Counted from the first letter of the stretch, positions 1-13,569 are shown. The stretch is 64,000 nt of DNA from Amoebidium appalachense (GCA_963693365.1 CAVNZM010000009.1:3722231-3786230), one strand, 5' to 3'. Numbers and translations are program-made. Notes: a model not told the origin generated them from the sequence alone.

Positions 1-3
1 GAA

Positions 4-38
<35 letters not shown>

Positions 39-371
39 GGGGGGGAGGGAGGTTCAGTATGTGGAGAGAGAAGGGGTTTTCGAGTAGAGCATTCAGATGA
101 TCCTCACCCAACACTTCCTGTCACCATCCCGTCACCCCCAAGCTCCGACAGTCTCTTCCCCCCTCTCCCCTCCCCCCCTCCCCCCCCCCCCCCCTCCCCC
201 CCAAGAAAAAAAAGACACGCACACACACAGCGCGGGCGCGCGCGCATACACACATACACATACACACACATCACTCTTGGCAGCCCAACTGGAAAACATG
301 CAGCATGAACTAATAGGAAACCCAATACATGACAAGAGAATACGACGCAAAAACACAGAAAACAAACATAC

Positions 372-1427
372 CTGCAAGTCCCCCTTCGTAATGTTAGCCC
401 CGTCACCTCCCTTCTCCAGTGAGTTGTCATGGTTCCCCGCCACGGCGAAAAACGGGAAAATCAAATTCCGGTAAGGATATTCAAATATCGTGGAGAATTG
501 CGGGTCGTCGGCCGACACCGGCCCCTTGTCATAGATATTGTCCCCGAGTAATAGCGCAAAATCACACCCTCTCTCAGCGCACACACTTTCAATAGCAGTG
601 GCGACCGCTGTCTGATTTTTGTCCGCTGTATTGAAAGAAGATAAGAGAAGAGCAAGGAAACCAAACTGTTACAGAAGAAAACACCGCAAAATGGAGGTAG
701 GGAAAATGCGCGGGGTTGGAGGGGGGGGGGGGAGGGGAGTGGGGAGAGGGGGGAGTGGGCTGGAGGGGGAGGGGGCGGGGGGAGGGGAGTTGGGGCGTGA
801 CTAAGGTGGTGTGTGTGTTTCTCTATAAGAGGAAAGCAAGAGGTCAGGGGGGGGGGGGGGGGGGGGTGGGAAAGGAGGGGGGAGGGGGGAGGGGGGGTGT
901 TAAACTTGAATTTACTCGGTACAAAGTACACATCCACAACGGACAACACAATGCAGAGGTTGCAGAACACAACCAACGAGTAGAAGGGTGTGTGTGTGTG
1001 TGTGTGTTGGGGGGGGGGGGGGGGGGGGGGGCATTAGCATTAACCCATGCATTTTTAAGGTCCCTTTTCATTTCTGCTCATTGTGAAGACATCCAGATGT
1101 GTGGAATAACATGTCTAGCTCCGTGCAGATGTTGAGTAGGTGAAAATAAAAACATAAAAAACTATGAATTTAAACCACAGAAGAACATATCCGGCTGTCT
1201 GTTGTGTATGTGGGTTGTCCCAGTGCTAAGGCCAATGGATCACGTGGGGAGGAACAGGTGATTTTGTGAGATATAGTTTAAGCCAAGAGAGGAGAGGGTG
1301 ACTTGTGGGAGAAAGGGAAAGGGCAAGCGGGGGGAAGGGGGGGAGAAGGGGGGTGGGGGTTGGAGGGGGAAGAAGGTGTGTGTGTGTGTGTGTGTGTGTG
1401 CGTGCATGTGTGTTGCGCGCGCGCGCG

Positions 1428-1477
<50 letters not shown>

Positions 1478-1785
1478 CGTGTATGTGCGCGCGTACGTGT
1501 GTGTGTGTGTGTTAGTCAGTGTTTTTTTTGGGGGGAGGGGGAGGGGGGAGGGGGGGGGGAGGGGAGAAGGGAGGGGACAGGGTTGTTGTTGGGGGGGGGG
1601 GGGGGGGGAGAAGGAAAGGGGGGGGGGGAGGGGGGAGGCTGAATTACCTGTGCCTGTATCACCAATAGCAATGAAGCGAATGACCTTATCATCAGCAACA
1701 GAAGTGTACGGAAAGGGTCTGTGCGAGGTCGAGAGTGGCAGAGTGACGGACGGAGATGTAGTAGGCCAGACTGGCTTATTTTCAG
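372..1785 (-). CDS. Calcineurin-like metallophosphoesterase (purple/tartrate-resistant acid phosphatase type), partial; exons 1785-1648 and 625-372
   Basis: A GT-AG splice joins [46 protein letters not shown]...AVAGNHD in frame, giving the GDxG, GDNxY and GNHD metal-binding motifs. The donor GTATGT at 371 means the gene continues leftwards. The first exon is uncertain. Confidence 0.88.
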
Positions 1786-1795
1786 CTATGCCAAT

Positions 1796-1959
1796 CATCC
1801 GCATACATAGTCAGTAACTGAGATATATTATGGAAACATCCGCATACATAGTCAGTAACTGAGATATATTATGGAAACATCCGCATACATAGTCAGTAAC
1901 TGAGATATATTATGGAAACATCCGCATACATAGTCAGTAACTGAGATATATTATGGAAA
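1796..1959. repeat. 41-bp perfect tandem repeat, 4 copies
   Basis: The unit CATCCGCATACATAGTCAGTAACTGAGATATATTATGGAAA starts at 1796, 1837, 1878 and 1919, with no spacers. Confidence 0.97.
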
Positions 1960-3286
1960 CGAATTCGTGTGCTGCACAATACACAGGGTGCACACCTCGC
2001 AGTACTTGTGTGCTTTTATGTACGCACATTAGTAGTTGAGTAACAACAGCCGGACATATTAGTAACTATCCGGCATTCTGGCGCTCATATGCATTATTTT
2101 GGCGCAAAACAATCGTTTTTCGTGATGTGCGTGTGTCCTATAGCCGCCCCCCCAACCCCCCCCTCGTCGCCACCCCCTCCCCCCCCCTCCTCCCCCCCCC
2201 CCCTCCCCCCCCCTCCCCCCCCCCCCCCCCCCCCCCCCCCCCCAGCCCCCCAGCCCCCCGCCCCTCCCCCCCCCCTCCCCCCAGCCCCCCTCCCCCCAGC
2301 CCCCCTCCCCCCAGCCCCCCTCCCCCCCCCATCCCCACCACCACCACCACCATCACAACCGTTCCTTTACTACTTGTGTTCACCATGCGTGATTCCCCTT
2401 TCACACATGTAAACGTTGCTGGCTGTAGCCAAATTTTACCATCAAAAACACACCGGTACCACTTTATGTGAAACCCAGCTGTCCTCTCTATCGATCTTCA
2501 ACGGTTTCACTGGGTTTTACAGTTTTACAGGCCCTTCGTCTGTGCAAAACCACCATTTGATTGTCTCTTATTCACATCGACTGTCTCTTGGCAGATTTTC
2601 GCTTGGGGGAAGGGGTGAAGGGGGGAGAGAAGGGGGGGGGGGGGGGGGGGGGGGGGGGGGGCGGGGCTGGGAGGAAGGGGGTGAAGGGGGGAGAGAAGGG
2701 GGGGGAGAGAAGGGGGGGGGGGGGGGGGGGGGGGGGGCTTCAGCAGAAATAGTATGAGGGAACCCAACGGCAAGCCTTCGGGAATTATTGCAAAAAGGAT
2801 GCTAGCAAATGTATGGAAATGGGAAGTCGTGATCAGTAACTAGTATGTTTATAAATATAACACAGACCACGGGTGTGCTACCTTAAAGTGTACGAGGGCT
2901 GCAACAGCGTTATTGCATTTTGATTGACACTACGGTTGGGTTTTTGGCATTTTATTCCCGGTACCACTGACCGGTTATCGTTAAGACCCGCTTAAGGCAA
3001 CTAATCGATACCCTAAGCATCAGCATGCGGCGATAAAAAATACATCAGGCGAAGGCTCTACCGATTGCAGGTTAAAAAACTAGAAAGATGGTGATGTATG
3101 TATGGTTCTTGCTAACCACAAGAAGACAACTGCAGACCTAAAAACGGGAGCTCGGCTGGTATTTTAAGCATCAAGAAAAATTGCTATGCATTCGAGTTTG
3201 GGAATACAAATGGCAGTACATACACATCAGTTAAGAAGTTAAGGAAATAAAGCAATCACGACATGTCGAATACCTGCACGTTTGGT

Positions 3287-4199
3287 TCATGCAAGCACCT
3301 CCTGTGTCTCCGTCAGTGTTGCAGCCGCCGCCCCGGCGCTTGTAGACATATGCGGCAGCCACGGCAGCAAGCAGACCCGCACCCACGCTGGCACCCACGG
3401 CCGCACCGACATAGACCCCACTGGGCGAGGCCGTGGTCGTGGTCTGGGCAGCTGCCGATGGCGTGGCAGCGCCGGCGGACGGGGAGGCCACAGGATCCAC
3501 CTCTTCCGGCTTGGCTGAGTAGTGGGCCGATGGCTCGGGTGTGGGGGGAACGGTGGTGGTGGTGGGTGGGACAGTGGTGGTGGACGGAGGGGGAGGGACG
3601 GTGGTGGTGGGGGGAGGGGGAGGGACGGTGGTGGTGGGGGGAGGGGGAGGGACGGTGGTGGTGGGTGCGAGATAGCACTCGGGACCAACAACAGACGTGA
3701 TGGAGAAGCGGCTGCCGTCGGTGGCAAAGAACTCTGTGTTGGGGGTCTGGGAGAGGTTGAGCTTGCGCTTCATGGTGACGCAGAACTGGCCACTGCTGCC
3801 GGTGGCGGGCAGGGAATTCGTCCACAGGTTGCCGTTGAACTGCACCTCGCCGTCCATCGTCTCCTCGGCATAGCCCTCGTCGCCGGGCACGGGGTCCCAC
3901 GTGCCCTCCTCAGCACGCAGGCCGGCGTTTTCGTTTGTGAAGCAGCTGAGGAAGCGCGCACCAAACTTGGTCAGGGCCTGTGCCTGCCCCCCGGTCGCGG
4001 CACACTCGCCGGTTGCGGCAGGCTGCTTGTAGGCGACGGAGTAGCACATTTTTGTGGTGACGGTTGCCGGGTCGTAGACGTAGCTGCCGGGGATGAACTG
4101 GATGTCCCACTCGGCCTTCCCGCTGCAGTCGAGTGCTGCACTCACGGCCTGGGCGGCAAGCACGGCGGCAACAAGGCTGGACACGGTGCGGGGTGACAT
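3287..4199 (-). CDS. Single-pass surface protein, paralogue 1 (signal peptide, Cys-containing ectodomain, 3 TTTVPPPPP repeats, TM helix, short tail)
   Basis: Signal-like N-terminus MSPRTVSSLVAAVLAAQAVSA; TM GVYVGAAVGASVGAGLLAAVAAAYVY followed by KRR. An extra base in a short run near 3330 shifts the tail frame. The paralogue-matching tail AAAATLTETQEVLA* ends at 3287. Confidence 0.88.
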
Positions 4200-4353
4200 T
4201 TTGGCGGCTTGGTTATTTGCAGAATAGTCGGATGGGAAAACTAATATTACAACTGTAGTTTCCTGTCGAGTTAGGCTTCTCTTGTTTAGGAGCTCTGCTA
4301 CTCTTCTATCGCTGCGAAGTAAGCTGAATGACCTGGAGAGCAAGCGAGGTCAG

Positions 4354-4443
4354 TTTATATATCTGGGCCTAGCATGTTTAGCGTTATGTGATTGGCTTGA
4401 AGCTGCAGCAAAGCCATTTATGATTGGTTTCCTCCTCCCGCCC
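4354..4443 (-). promoter_or_regulatory. GC-box + two CCAAT boxes + TATA promoter of paralogue 1
   Basis: Plus-strand CCCGCCC at 4437, ATTGG at 4423 and 4391, TTTATATA at 4354. The same spacing recurs upstream of all four paralogues. Confidence 0.8.
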
Positions 4444-5011
4444 AGCAATCTCCGTGACTCCTTTTAAGTTTTTCGGGGCCTTCAATGAGCAAATCAAAAT
4501 TTCGCCAGATCATCATCATCCTGCCTCGGAGTTCCTGATATCAGAATTACAATCTTCGTGAACTTCCAAGTTGGAATACAATATATAATACGAAAAAAAG
4601 AGATAATCAAATTTATTATCATAGAAGTTTATGAATTCATATGTTGGGCAGCCAGGCCCCAGAAGACTCGGCTGATTTCTGTTTGATCTGATCCATGAGT
4701 GTGACTATGAAAAAGATTGACGAAAATTGTTGAACACCCCAATGTGCACCTCACCTGCCTCCGATGGCGGCGGCAAGATGAATCATTCTATGGGGATAGT
4801 CACTGATCTGTGACAAGTCTTACAGATGGCGTCAGTGGCGTGGGCACCCTCAAAGTGTGTCCACTTTGCCACACTCGGCCGTGGCTGTCGTGGGCTGGCC
4901 AGGCCAGCCCAGGCCAGTTCACATCAGTTCATAAGTTCATGTGAAAGTTAAGGTTGACTGGAAAGGCACGTGCGTGCGTGCTGGGCCACGTGAATGACAC
5001 GACACTAACTA

Positions 5012-5059
5012 ATGGAGCATTGATTTTGGACCCAGGGCGGGGGGTAGTAGCAAGTTTAA

Positions 5060-5092
<33 letters not shown>

Positions 5093-5378
5093 ACCCGCCA
5101 CCCCGCGAGTGGTCGGGTCCCCCGGGGGCCCCAGGGGGGGGGGGGGGGGGTACCCCACCGCCCCGGCCAGGCTCTTATATAGTACTATAAGTACTATATA
5201 GTACTATATGTTCATATATGAGGGGGGGGGGGGGGGGGGGGGGGGGTACCCACCACCCGCCAAGGGGACAGGTCCCCCCCCCCCCTCCCCCTCGGGGGGG
5301 GGGGGGGGGTACCCACCACCCCCCTAACCCCCGAAACTTTCTACTACCCCCTCCCCGGTTTCAAAATCAACGCTCCCT
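5012..5378. mobile_element. MITE-like element with ~45-bp imperfect TIRs, flanked by TA
   Basis: Left end GGAGCATTGATTTTGGACCCAGGGCGGGGGGTAGTAGCAAGTTT vs reverse complement of right end GGAGCGTTGATTTTGAAACCGGGGAGGGGGTAGTAGAAAGTTT. The interior has repeated GGTACCC(A/G)CCACCC and TAGTACTATA motifs. Confidence 0.75.
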
Positions 5379-5519
5379 TACGCCATACTACTTTTCGCTT
5401 TTTGCGCCAGCATGTGTTTGCGCAAACGGTGCGGCCTGGCCCAATCTCATCTGGGCTCTGTTGAAACGCCACGGATAGGTCTAGACAGGCTGTGTGTGTC
5501 TTGTGTGTGTGTGTGTACG

Positions 5520-5552
<33 letters not shown>

Positions 5553-5559
5553 CGTGCGT

Positions 5560-5665
<106 letters not shown>

Positions 5666-6875
5666 ACTCGAAATTTTGGGGAGAGGGGATGGCCACGGGT
5701 GGCTGGCTACCAGTGGACATGGGAGGGGGGGGAGGAACAGGATTGTTGTGAAGTACTTGAACAAAGCAATGCCGATTATGGCCGTCGGACGGGCCCATAT
5801 TGATCAATATTAAAATAGAATATTTGGTTGGGGAGGGAGGTATCACTAGTCGAGGTTATTGGTTGTCTTGCGCGTGTGTATATGAGCGCGCGCGCATGTG
5901 TGCATGTTTCTGTGGGGCCGGAGCAAGGGGGGACGTGGGGCCCGGGGGGGGGAAGGAGGGGATTGGGGTGATGGGGGGAAGGGGGGGGGGGAGGGGGGAG
6001 GGGGGTTGGGGGGGGGGGGGGGGGGGGGGTGGGTTGGGGGAGGGAGGTAGGATGGTTCTCAATTTTTTGCGGCAACGAAGAGAAACCACAAAACATTCTA
6101 ACCCCCCCCCCCCCCCCCCCCCTCCTTCCCCCTGGGAAAAAATGAAGAAGAAGAAGCGATAGATAGCCAAACGGGAAAAGGAAGAACAAGGAGAAAGGGG
6201 GAGAGAAGAGGGTTGCTTCCCGTGCATATCATAACCGGAAAAGTGCCAGTGTTTTCATATCAATGCGTCATTGTTGTACAAACCCAGGTGTGTCTGTCGC
6301 GTCACACCGGATACTGTGCATGTGAACATGAGCCGAGAGTACAGCCGGATTTGCCCAGCACTCCTTGCCTGTGCACGCACCCTGTACACATCACGTTATG
6401 GTGCTTGCTCGTTGATGTTACCTGCACAATGTCGTTACTTTACCGCTCAGTCATGCCTATGGTTTTATTTTATTTTTTTGCCGTAAGCGGCATGCTGTTA
6501 ATTTCGCCGCTCCCATCATCCTGGCGAGACTCGCCGCATGACAGGTACGATAATCCATTTATCTCTCCTACAACTCTTCCGAAGTTGTGGTAATATCAGA
6601 GTAGCGGTAAAAGTTTCTAGTTTGCGGGTGGCACAGACTTAGCCTAGGACTACGTCCTACCTGTAATTGTTGAATGACTGAACAACATTCACGAACTAAA
6701 TAAAAAGAGCGGAATTTCAAAAACGAGCCATTGTGGGCGGTGACCAACGCATAAGAGTGCTGTGAGACTGCCTCCCTCCTCCTCCCCCCCCCCCCCCCCC
6801 GGGGCTTATCCCCCCCCCCCCCCTCCCACCCCCCCCCCCCATCCAAACCCCCCCCCCCCCCAAAAAAAAAACGTG

Positions 6876-6962
<87 letters not shown>

Positions 6963-7372
6963 CCCCCCCTCCCCTCCTCCCTCCTATCCTTGCCTTTCGG
7001 CCGCCCCTTCTGGACACCAATAACATCGGATTCCCCTTCACTCCCTCCGCTCCCCAATCGACCCTCTACGACTGCTTGTGTGTGTGTGTGTGGACACTGT
7101 ATGTGTTAGGGGTGGGGGGGAAGGAGGGTTTAAAGGGGTAGAGGGATGGGGCTACTGTAAATTTGGAAGAAAGACGTGGGAGCACCAGAATTTTGTCCCA
7201 AAAGTGCGTGCCGCGGTGCACGTACAGTGTGAGCTAGCAGTGTTTGCGTTGATGTTGGCTTGGGTTTGTGTATTACCGTGTTTGTGTATTGCCGTTTGAG
7301 TATGTGTGACGATTATGCATTCGTATTTGTGCGTGCGTGCGTGTGTGTGTGTGTGTGTGTGTGTGCACGCCC

Positions 7373-7418
<46 letters not shown>

Positions 7419-7445
7419 ACGCATGCATGTGTGTATGACGTGTGT

Positions 7446-7508
<63 letters not shown>

Positions 7509-7646
7509 TGTGTGTGTGTCTGTGAGTGTGTCTGTGTGTGTGTGTCTCTGTGCACGTGCTTGTCCTCTCTCTCTCCCTCTCTCTCTCTCTGTGTGTGTGT
7601 GTGAGTGTGTGTGTGTGTGAGTGTGTGAGTGTGTGTGAGTGAGTGA

Positions 7647-7679
<33 letters not shown>

Positions 7680-7823
7680 CCACGTGCGTGTGTGTGCTTG
7701 TGTGTGTGCGGCGGTGTTTGTTTACAATCGTCTGGTGTCTATCCGCACAACTCGTATCTCTCAGCACACAAGATGTCAGTATGCTGCTGTGCGCATGAGG
7801 CTGGTTAGGAAAACGTGGCTACT

Positions 7824-7863
<40 letters not shown>

Positions 7864-8649
7864 AAGGCAAGGCTGCAAAACAGGAGTGTTCGGGATGTGT
7901 CTACTAGTTTATTGGTCTTAATGGTGCTAAAACGAGCACCGTGCAAAGGGGAAGGGTGCTGCAAATCTCACTTGTGTCAAGAGCACGAACACAATGTGTG
8001 CGTGCGAGTGGGTGAGTATGCTACTGCCGGCGTGGCTGGGGTAGTAGCCCTGGGCAAAGTGTGTACTTATAGTTAGGTTGTGAAGGATGGTGTAGCTTAG
8101 CTGAACTCATAGATAGCACCTTAACTAGTGTACTGTCGGTGCTGTGTGGTAGACGGTAGTTTGGCCTGAAAAGGCTCTCCGGGAACAAAACGTGATAAAA
8201 TAAAAATAAAGCAAATAAAAAAAATAAAAATGGGGGTGTGTGTGTAAGTGCGCGCGTGTGCCTAGGCTAAGCCGTACATGTGCGCATGTGCATGCGCATG
8301 TGCGTGTGCGTGTGCATGTGCGTGCGTGTGCGTGCGTGTGTGTGAGACTCTGCGTGTGCGTGTGCTTGTGCGGTTGCGTGTGCGTGTGTGGCATGTGTGG
8401 GTTGCGTGTGGCATGCGCGCGCGCACGCGCGTGTGTGTATGAGCGTGAGCGTGCGTGTTGGACTCTTTCTTCGATCCGGGCCGGGGCCGGAGGAGAAAGA
8501 AATGATAAACATGCGCGCGTGTGTGTTTGTGTGAGCGTGAGCGTGCTTGCTCATCTGTGTGTGTGTGTACGCGTGCGTGCGCGCACGTACGTACGGTCAC
8601 AGAAACTATCTGGCGATAAACATCTGTGTGTGTGTGTGTGTGGGTGTGT

Positions 8650-8686
<37 letters not shown>

Positions 8687-8689
8687 TGT

Positions 8690-8735
<46 letters not shown>

Positions 8736-8736
8736 A

Positions 8737-8776
<40 letters not shown>

Positions 8777-9364
8777 TGTCAAGTTGCTGCCACAGTGAAA
8801 GTAGAATACACATTCCCGGCCAAGTGCATCATTCCAATAGAGTTGTGCGAACGCGCATGTACACATTGTGACAAGTTAAGCTACATGTTGTTTGTATGTG
8901 TGTGTGCCCCTCGTGTATCTGTTTACTATGTTGTACGACTTTGAGTCGGAGAGTTGTGACACTGTGCGTTTGCGTTGTGCCACAGGTGGAAGAACTATTA
9001 TAATATAGCATTCGTAGATTACGTGAGGTTTAGGAGTGGTTTTTCACTGAGCCGGTCTATGGTTTTCACATTTATTCCCGGTACGGTATTTGACCGGTTA
9101 TCCTGATAATTGCACAGGTAATGTCGGAGTACGCTGGTTGGTACTGCAAGACTAGAAAAGAGAAAAACACAACAGGCGGGCTCTGCTAATGTCTCAAAGT
9201 AGATAAAATCACGTTTACGGGCATGGTTGCTTTTAGCCACAACGACAATACCGGAGGTTCACCAAAATTTAAGCCTTGGCGATACATTCTATACTAAATG
9301 TGCATTGGGAAAGTCAATGCTTATCGGATTAGAAAAAATGAAAACATATGCTGGTTTTTAAGCT

Positions 9365-10360
9365 TCACGCAAGCACCTCCTGGCTATAGCTGGGCAGCTC
9401 AGCGGCGGGTGCTGCCCGGCGCTTGTAGACGTATGCGGCAGCCGCGGCAGCAAGCAGACCTGCACCCACGCTGGCGCCCACGGCCGCACCGACATACATC
9501 CCGCTGGGCGAGGCTGTGGTCGTGCTCTGCGGCAGCGCCGGCGCGGTAGCGCCGGCTGACGGGGATGCCACAGGATCCACCTCTTCCGGCTTGGCTGAGT
9601 AGTGCGCCGATGGCTCGGGTGTGGGGGGAACGGTGGTGGTGGTGGGTGGGACAGTGGTTGTGGGGGGAGGGGGAGGGACGGTGGTAGTGGGGGGGGGAGG
9701 AGGAACGGTGGTGGTGGGGGAAGGGGGAGGGACAGTAGTGGTGGGGGGAGGGGGCGGGACGGTGGTGGTGGGAGGAGGGGGAGGGACGGTGGTGGTTGGG
9801 GGAGGAGGAGGGACGGTGGTGGTGGGCGCGAGGTAGCACTCGGGGCCAACGAGGGACGTAATGGAAAAGCGGCTGCCGTCGGTGGCAAAGAATTCTGTGT
9901 TAGGGGTCTGGGAGAGGTTGAGCTTGCGCTTCATGGTGACGCAGTATTGGCTCTTGCTGCCGGTGGCGGGCAGGGAGTTTGTCCACAGGTTGCCGTTGAA
10001 CTGCACCTCGCCGTCCATCGTCTCCTCGGCATAGCCCTCATCGCTGGGCACGGGGTCCCACGTGCCCTCGTCAGCACGCAGGCCGGCGTTTTCGTTTGTG
10101 AAGCAGCTGAGGAAGCGCGCACCAAACTTGGTCAGGGCCTGCGCCTGCCCCCCGGCTGCGGCACACTCGCCGGCGGCGGTGGGTTGCTTGTAGGCGACGG
10201 AGTAGCACATTTTTGTGGTGACGGCTGCCGGGTCGTAGACGTAGCTGCCGGGGATGAACTGGATGTCCCACTCGGCCTTGCCGCTGCAGTCGACTGCTGC
10301 ACTCACGGCCTGGGCCGCAAGAACGGCAGCAACAAGGCTGGACACGGTGCGGGGTGACAT
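9365..10360 (-). CDS. Single-pass surface protein, paralogue 2 (331 aa, intact; 6 TTTVPPPPP repeats)
   Basis: Uninterrupted ORF with signal peptide, ectodomain, Thr/Pro stalk, TM and KRR; tail ends SQEVLA. Confidence 0.93.
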   Translation of the reverse strand: MSPRTVSSLVAAVLAAQAVSAAVDCSGKAEWDIQFIPGSYVYDPAAVTTKMCYSVAYKQPTAAGECAAAGGQAQALTKFGARFLSCFTNENAGLRADEGTWDPVPSDEGYAEETMDGEVQFNGNLWTNSLPATGSKSQYCVTMKRKLNLSQTPNTEFFATDGSRFSITSLVGPECYLAPTTTVPPPPPTTTVPPPPPTTTVPPPPPTTTVPPPSPTTTVPPPPPTTTVPPPPPTTTVPPTTTTVPPTPEPSAHYSAKPEEVDPVASPSAGATAPALPQSTTTASPSGMYVGAAVGASVGAGLLAAAAAAYVYKRRAAPAAELPSYSQEVLA

Positions 10361-10512
10361 ATTCGTGGTAAGCGGAATATAACTGGAAGCAGGTAGTGTG
10401 GGTAATATGGTGTTTCCCTTGGGTTCTGCTATAGATATTGTCCGGCTGCTTCTCGCAAAAAGGCAGATGGACCGCTGTGTTGGTTGATTGAGCTGGACTG
10501 AGGGCGGACGAG

Positions 10513-10602
10513 ACTATATAGTCCCCGAGCTTTGGTCAAGCGGTGTATGATTGGCCAAAGCTGAAATGGATCGGATTAATGATTGGCTTTCGCCTCCCGC
10601 CC
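10513..10602 (-). promoter_or_regulatory. GC-box + two CCAAT + TATA promoter of paralogue 2
   Basis: CCCGCCC at 10596, ATTGG at 10582 and 10550, CTATATA ending at 10520. Confidence 0.8.
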
Positions 10603-11974
10603 AGCAATCCCCAAGACTTAGATCAGTGGGGTTAGATCTCTTTCTAGCTTGTGACTTACGAGTTGGTGAACCCAGGGCCTGGGTTTGAGAGGACATTCAA
10701 ACAAGGTGTATACTGTCTCTTCACAATTATTTTTGATACAGTCATTACACCGCATAAACCAACGTAGCTATTTTATTCAACTATCGGTATAACCCAAAGA
10801 AAAGTAAAACATGCAAAGGACAGTTTTTATGACAATCGGCGAGCTGATGTCTTCCTGATAAAATATATAGACCCCCCATTTACTGCGGATGATGCAAAAC
10901 CACAAAGCCCCATCAGTCTTTATACTTGTTTTATGAACTCCTACAAATTCATTATACGTAAATGCTGTTAAATATAATATATCGCGTTATAAACTATAAT
11001 TATGGTGCTTGGTATGACCGATCGGCCACTACAATACATACACACTGAGACCCTGCAGTTCCGATGGCGTATTTTTTACGTGAATGTACCCCCGCTATTG
11101 AGTTATGACCTATCAGATTCGCTGATTAGCCCACGCTATTGAATTTCGGATACAATAAGGTTTGTTTGACCATTGAAAACCTCACTTCACCGATTACCGT
11201 GTACCATTGATCACCATGTCCACCATAACACATAGCCATACACCGGCTCGAACCAGTTCGCGTATAGCTACTTGGAACGCCTAAGGCAGGGACTAAGTCC
11301 AATAGTGTGTATTTTTACATTCTAGACCAACGCTTAGCAAATGAACGTGTGGTGATGCGGTTCTTAGGTCACCGTTCATTTTGGTGTAACTAACGTTGGC
11401 AGAGCACCCTTGTAAGCTCACTGGTTCTATTCACACTGCCTGTACACGGTTTTATACATTTACCTAACTATAAATACATGGTATGCAAGCCCGAGTATTT
11501 TTATTATAAAATTACCAATCCGTGTCATCTACTTCCCCGTCTACAACATACACACACACACACACATACACACCACACACACACACACACACATACACAC
11601 ACACACACACCACACACAAACACACACACACACACACACACACGTGCGTGTACACAAGATGATGCACACAGAAACACACACACTCTCACACGCACACACA
11701 AAAAGGTGCTTGTTGTGTGCGGTGCAACTTGAACGTGCCACATCCGCATTCAAACAACCACACACACTTTCTCCAGAAGCTTGTAGCAATGTACACATAT
11801 GGCATGACTATTTTCGCTGCTCTGCAAAGGATAACTTAAATATTTCTCGTCAAGTTATGCAGAAGCCAAAACTAACTCTGCCCACTAGTGCCAGATGATT
11901 ATAATTGTTCAAGTTAGTATATCAACGTCTTTTTTTATTTTTTATTTATTATTTATTTGGTTTTTTTTTTTTTT

Positions 11975-12006
<32 letters not shown>

Positions 12007-12494
12007 GGGGGAGGGGAAGGGGACTGGAGCGATTAAATGGCGGTGTTTGAAGCGACGTGGTACTGTATATTGACCTTTTTGTTTCCCCTCCTCTCCTCCC
12101 CCCCTCCTCCTTTTTTTGGGGGGTGGGGGGGGGGTGGGGGGGGGTGGGGTAAGGCTGCTTTATGGCCCGAAACACCAGCGATAAATGGCACTTTATGAAG
12201 CGATTTAGGTAAAAATACGTGTTTATTCCGGTTCGATATCTGACCGGTTATCCTGATAATTGCACAGGCAATGTTGGATCCTACACTGGTTGGTACTGCT
12301 AGACTACATAGAGAGAAGAATACAGCAGGCGAGCTTCTACTGCTATGGTTCAAATAACTAAAACGATGTTTTAACCAAAACAGGAGCCTCGGCTGGTATT
12401 TCTCATTAGATTTAGAGCTAAAAATAAGAAGAAAAAACCAAAGTTCTGTGTTCGGATCCAAAAAAGATGTTTTGTGCTTCGACGGTCAGACACT

Positions 12495-13569
12495 TTATGC
12501 AAGCGCCTCCTGTGTCTCTGTCAGTGTCGCAGCAGCCGCCCGGCGCTTGTAGACGTATGCGGCAGCCGCGGCAGCAAGCAGAACCGCACCCACGCTGGCG
12601 CCCACGGCCGCACCGACATACACCCCACTGGGCGAGGCCGTGGTTGTGCCCTGGGCAGCGGCCGATGGCACGGCAGTGCCGGCGGACGGGGAGGCCACAG
12701 GATCCACCTCTTCCGGCTTGGCTGAGTAGTGGGCCGATGGCTCGAGTGTTGGGGGAACGGTGGTGGTGGTGGGTGGGACAGTGGTGGTGGATGGAGGGGG
12801 AGGGACGGTGGTGGTGGGGGGTGGGGGAGGGACGGTGGTGGTGGGGGGAGGGGGAGGGACAGTGGTGGTGGGGGGAGGGGGGAGGGACGGTGGTGGTGGG
12901 AGGAAGGGGAGGGACAGTAGTGGCGGGGGGAGGGGGCGGGACGGTGGTGGTGGGAGGAGGGGGAGGGACGGTGGTGGTTGGGGGTGGAGGAGGGACAGTG
13001 GTGGTGGGGGGAGGGGGCTGGACGGTGGTGGTGGGTGCGAGGTAGCACTCGGGGCCAATGAGGGACGTGATGGAGAAGCGGCTGCCGTCGGTGGCAAAGA
13101 ATTCTGTGTTAGGGGTCTGGGAGAGGTTGAGCTTGCGCTTCATGGTGACACAAAATTGGCTCTTGCTGCCAGCCGCAGGGAGGGAGTTTGTCCACAGGTT
13201 GCCGTTGAACTGCACCTCGCCGTCCATCGTCTCCTCGGCATAGCCCTCATCGCTGGGCACGGGGTCCCACGTGCCCTCGTCAGCGCGGAGGCCGGCGTTT
13301 TCGTTTGTGAAGCAGCTGAGGAAGCGCGCACCAAACTTAGTCAGGGCCTGCACCTGCCCTCCGGCCGCGGCACACTCGCCGGTGGCGGCGGGCTGCTTGT
13401 AGGCGACGGAGTAGCACATTTTTGTGGTAACGGTTGCCGGGTCGTAGACGTAGCTGCCGGGGATGAACTGGATGTCCCACTCGGCCTTGCCGCTGCAGTC
13501 GAGTGCTGCACTCACGGCCTGGGCCGCAAGCACGGCGGCAAAAAGGCTGGACACGGTGCGGGGTGACAT
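12495..13569 (-). CDS. Single-pass surface protein, paralogue 3 (about 9 stalk repeats; frameshift in a C-run near 12875)
   Basis: The N-terminal half lies in ORF 12418..13569. The stalk end, TM and tail TETQEALA* lie in ORF 12495..13097. Confidence 0.88.

Noticed and set aside
1796-1959. CRISPR-like array
   Set aside because: Units are contiguous with no unique spacers, there are no cas genes, and the context is eukaryotic.
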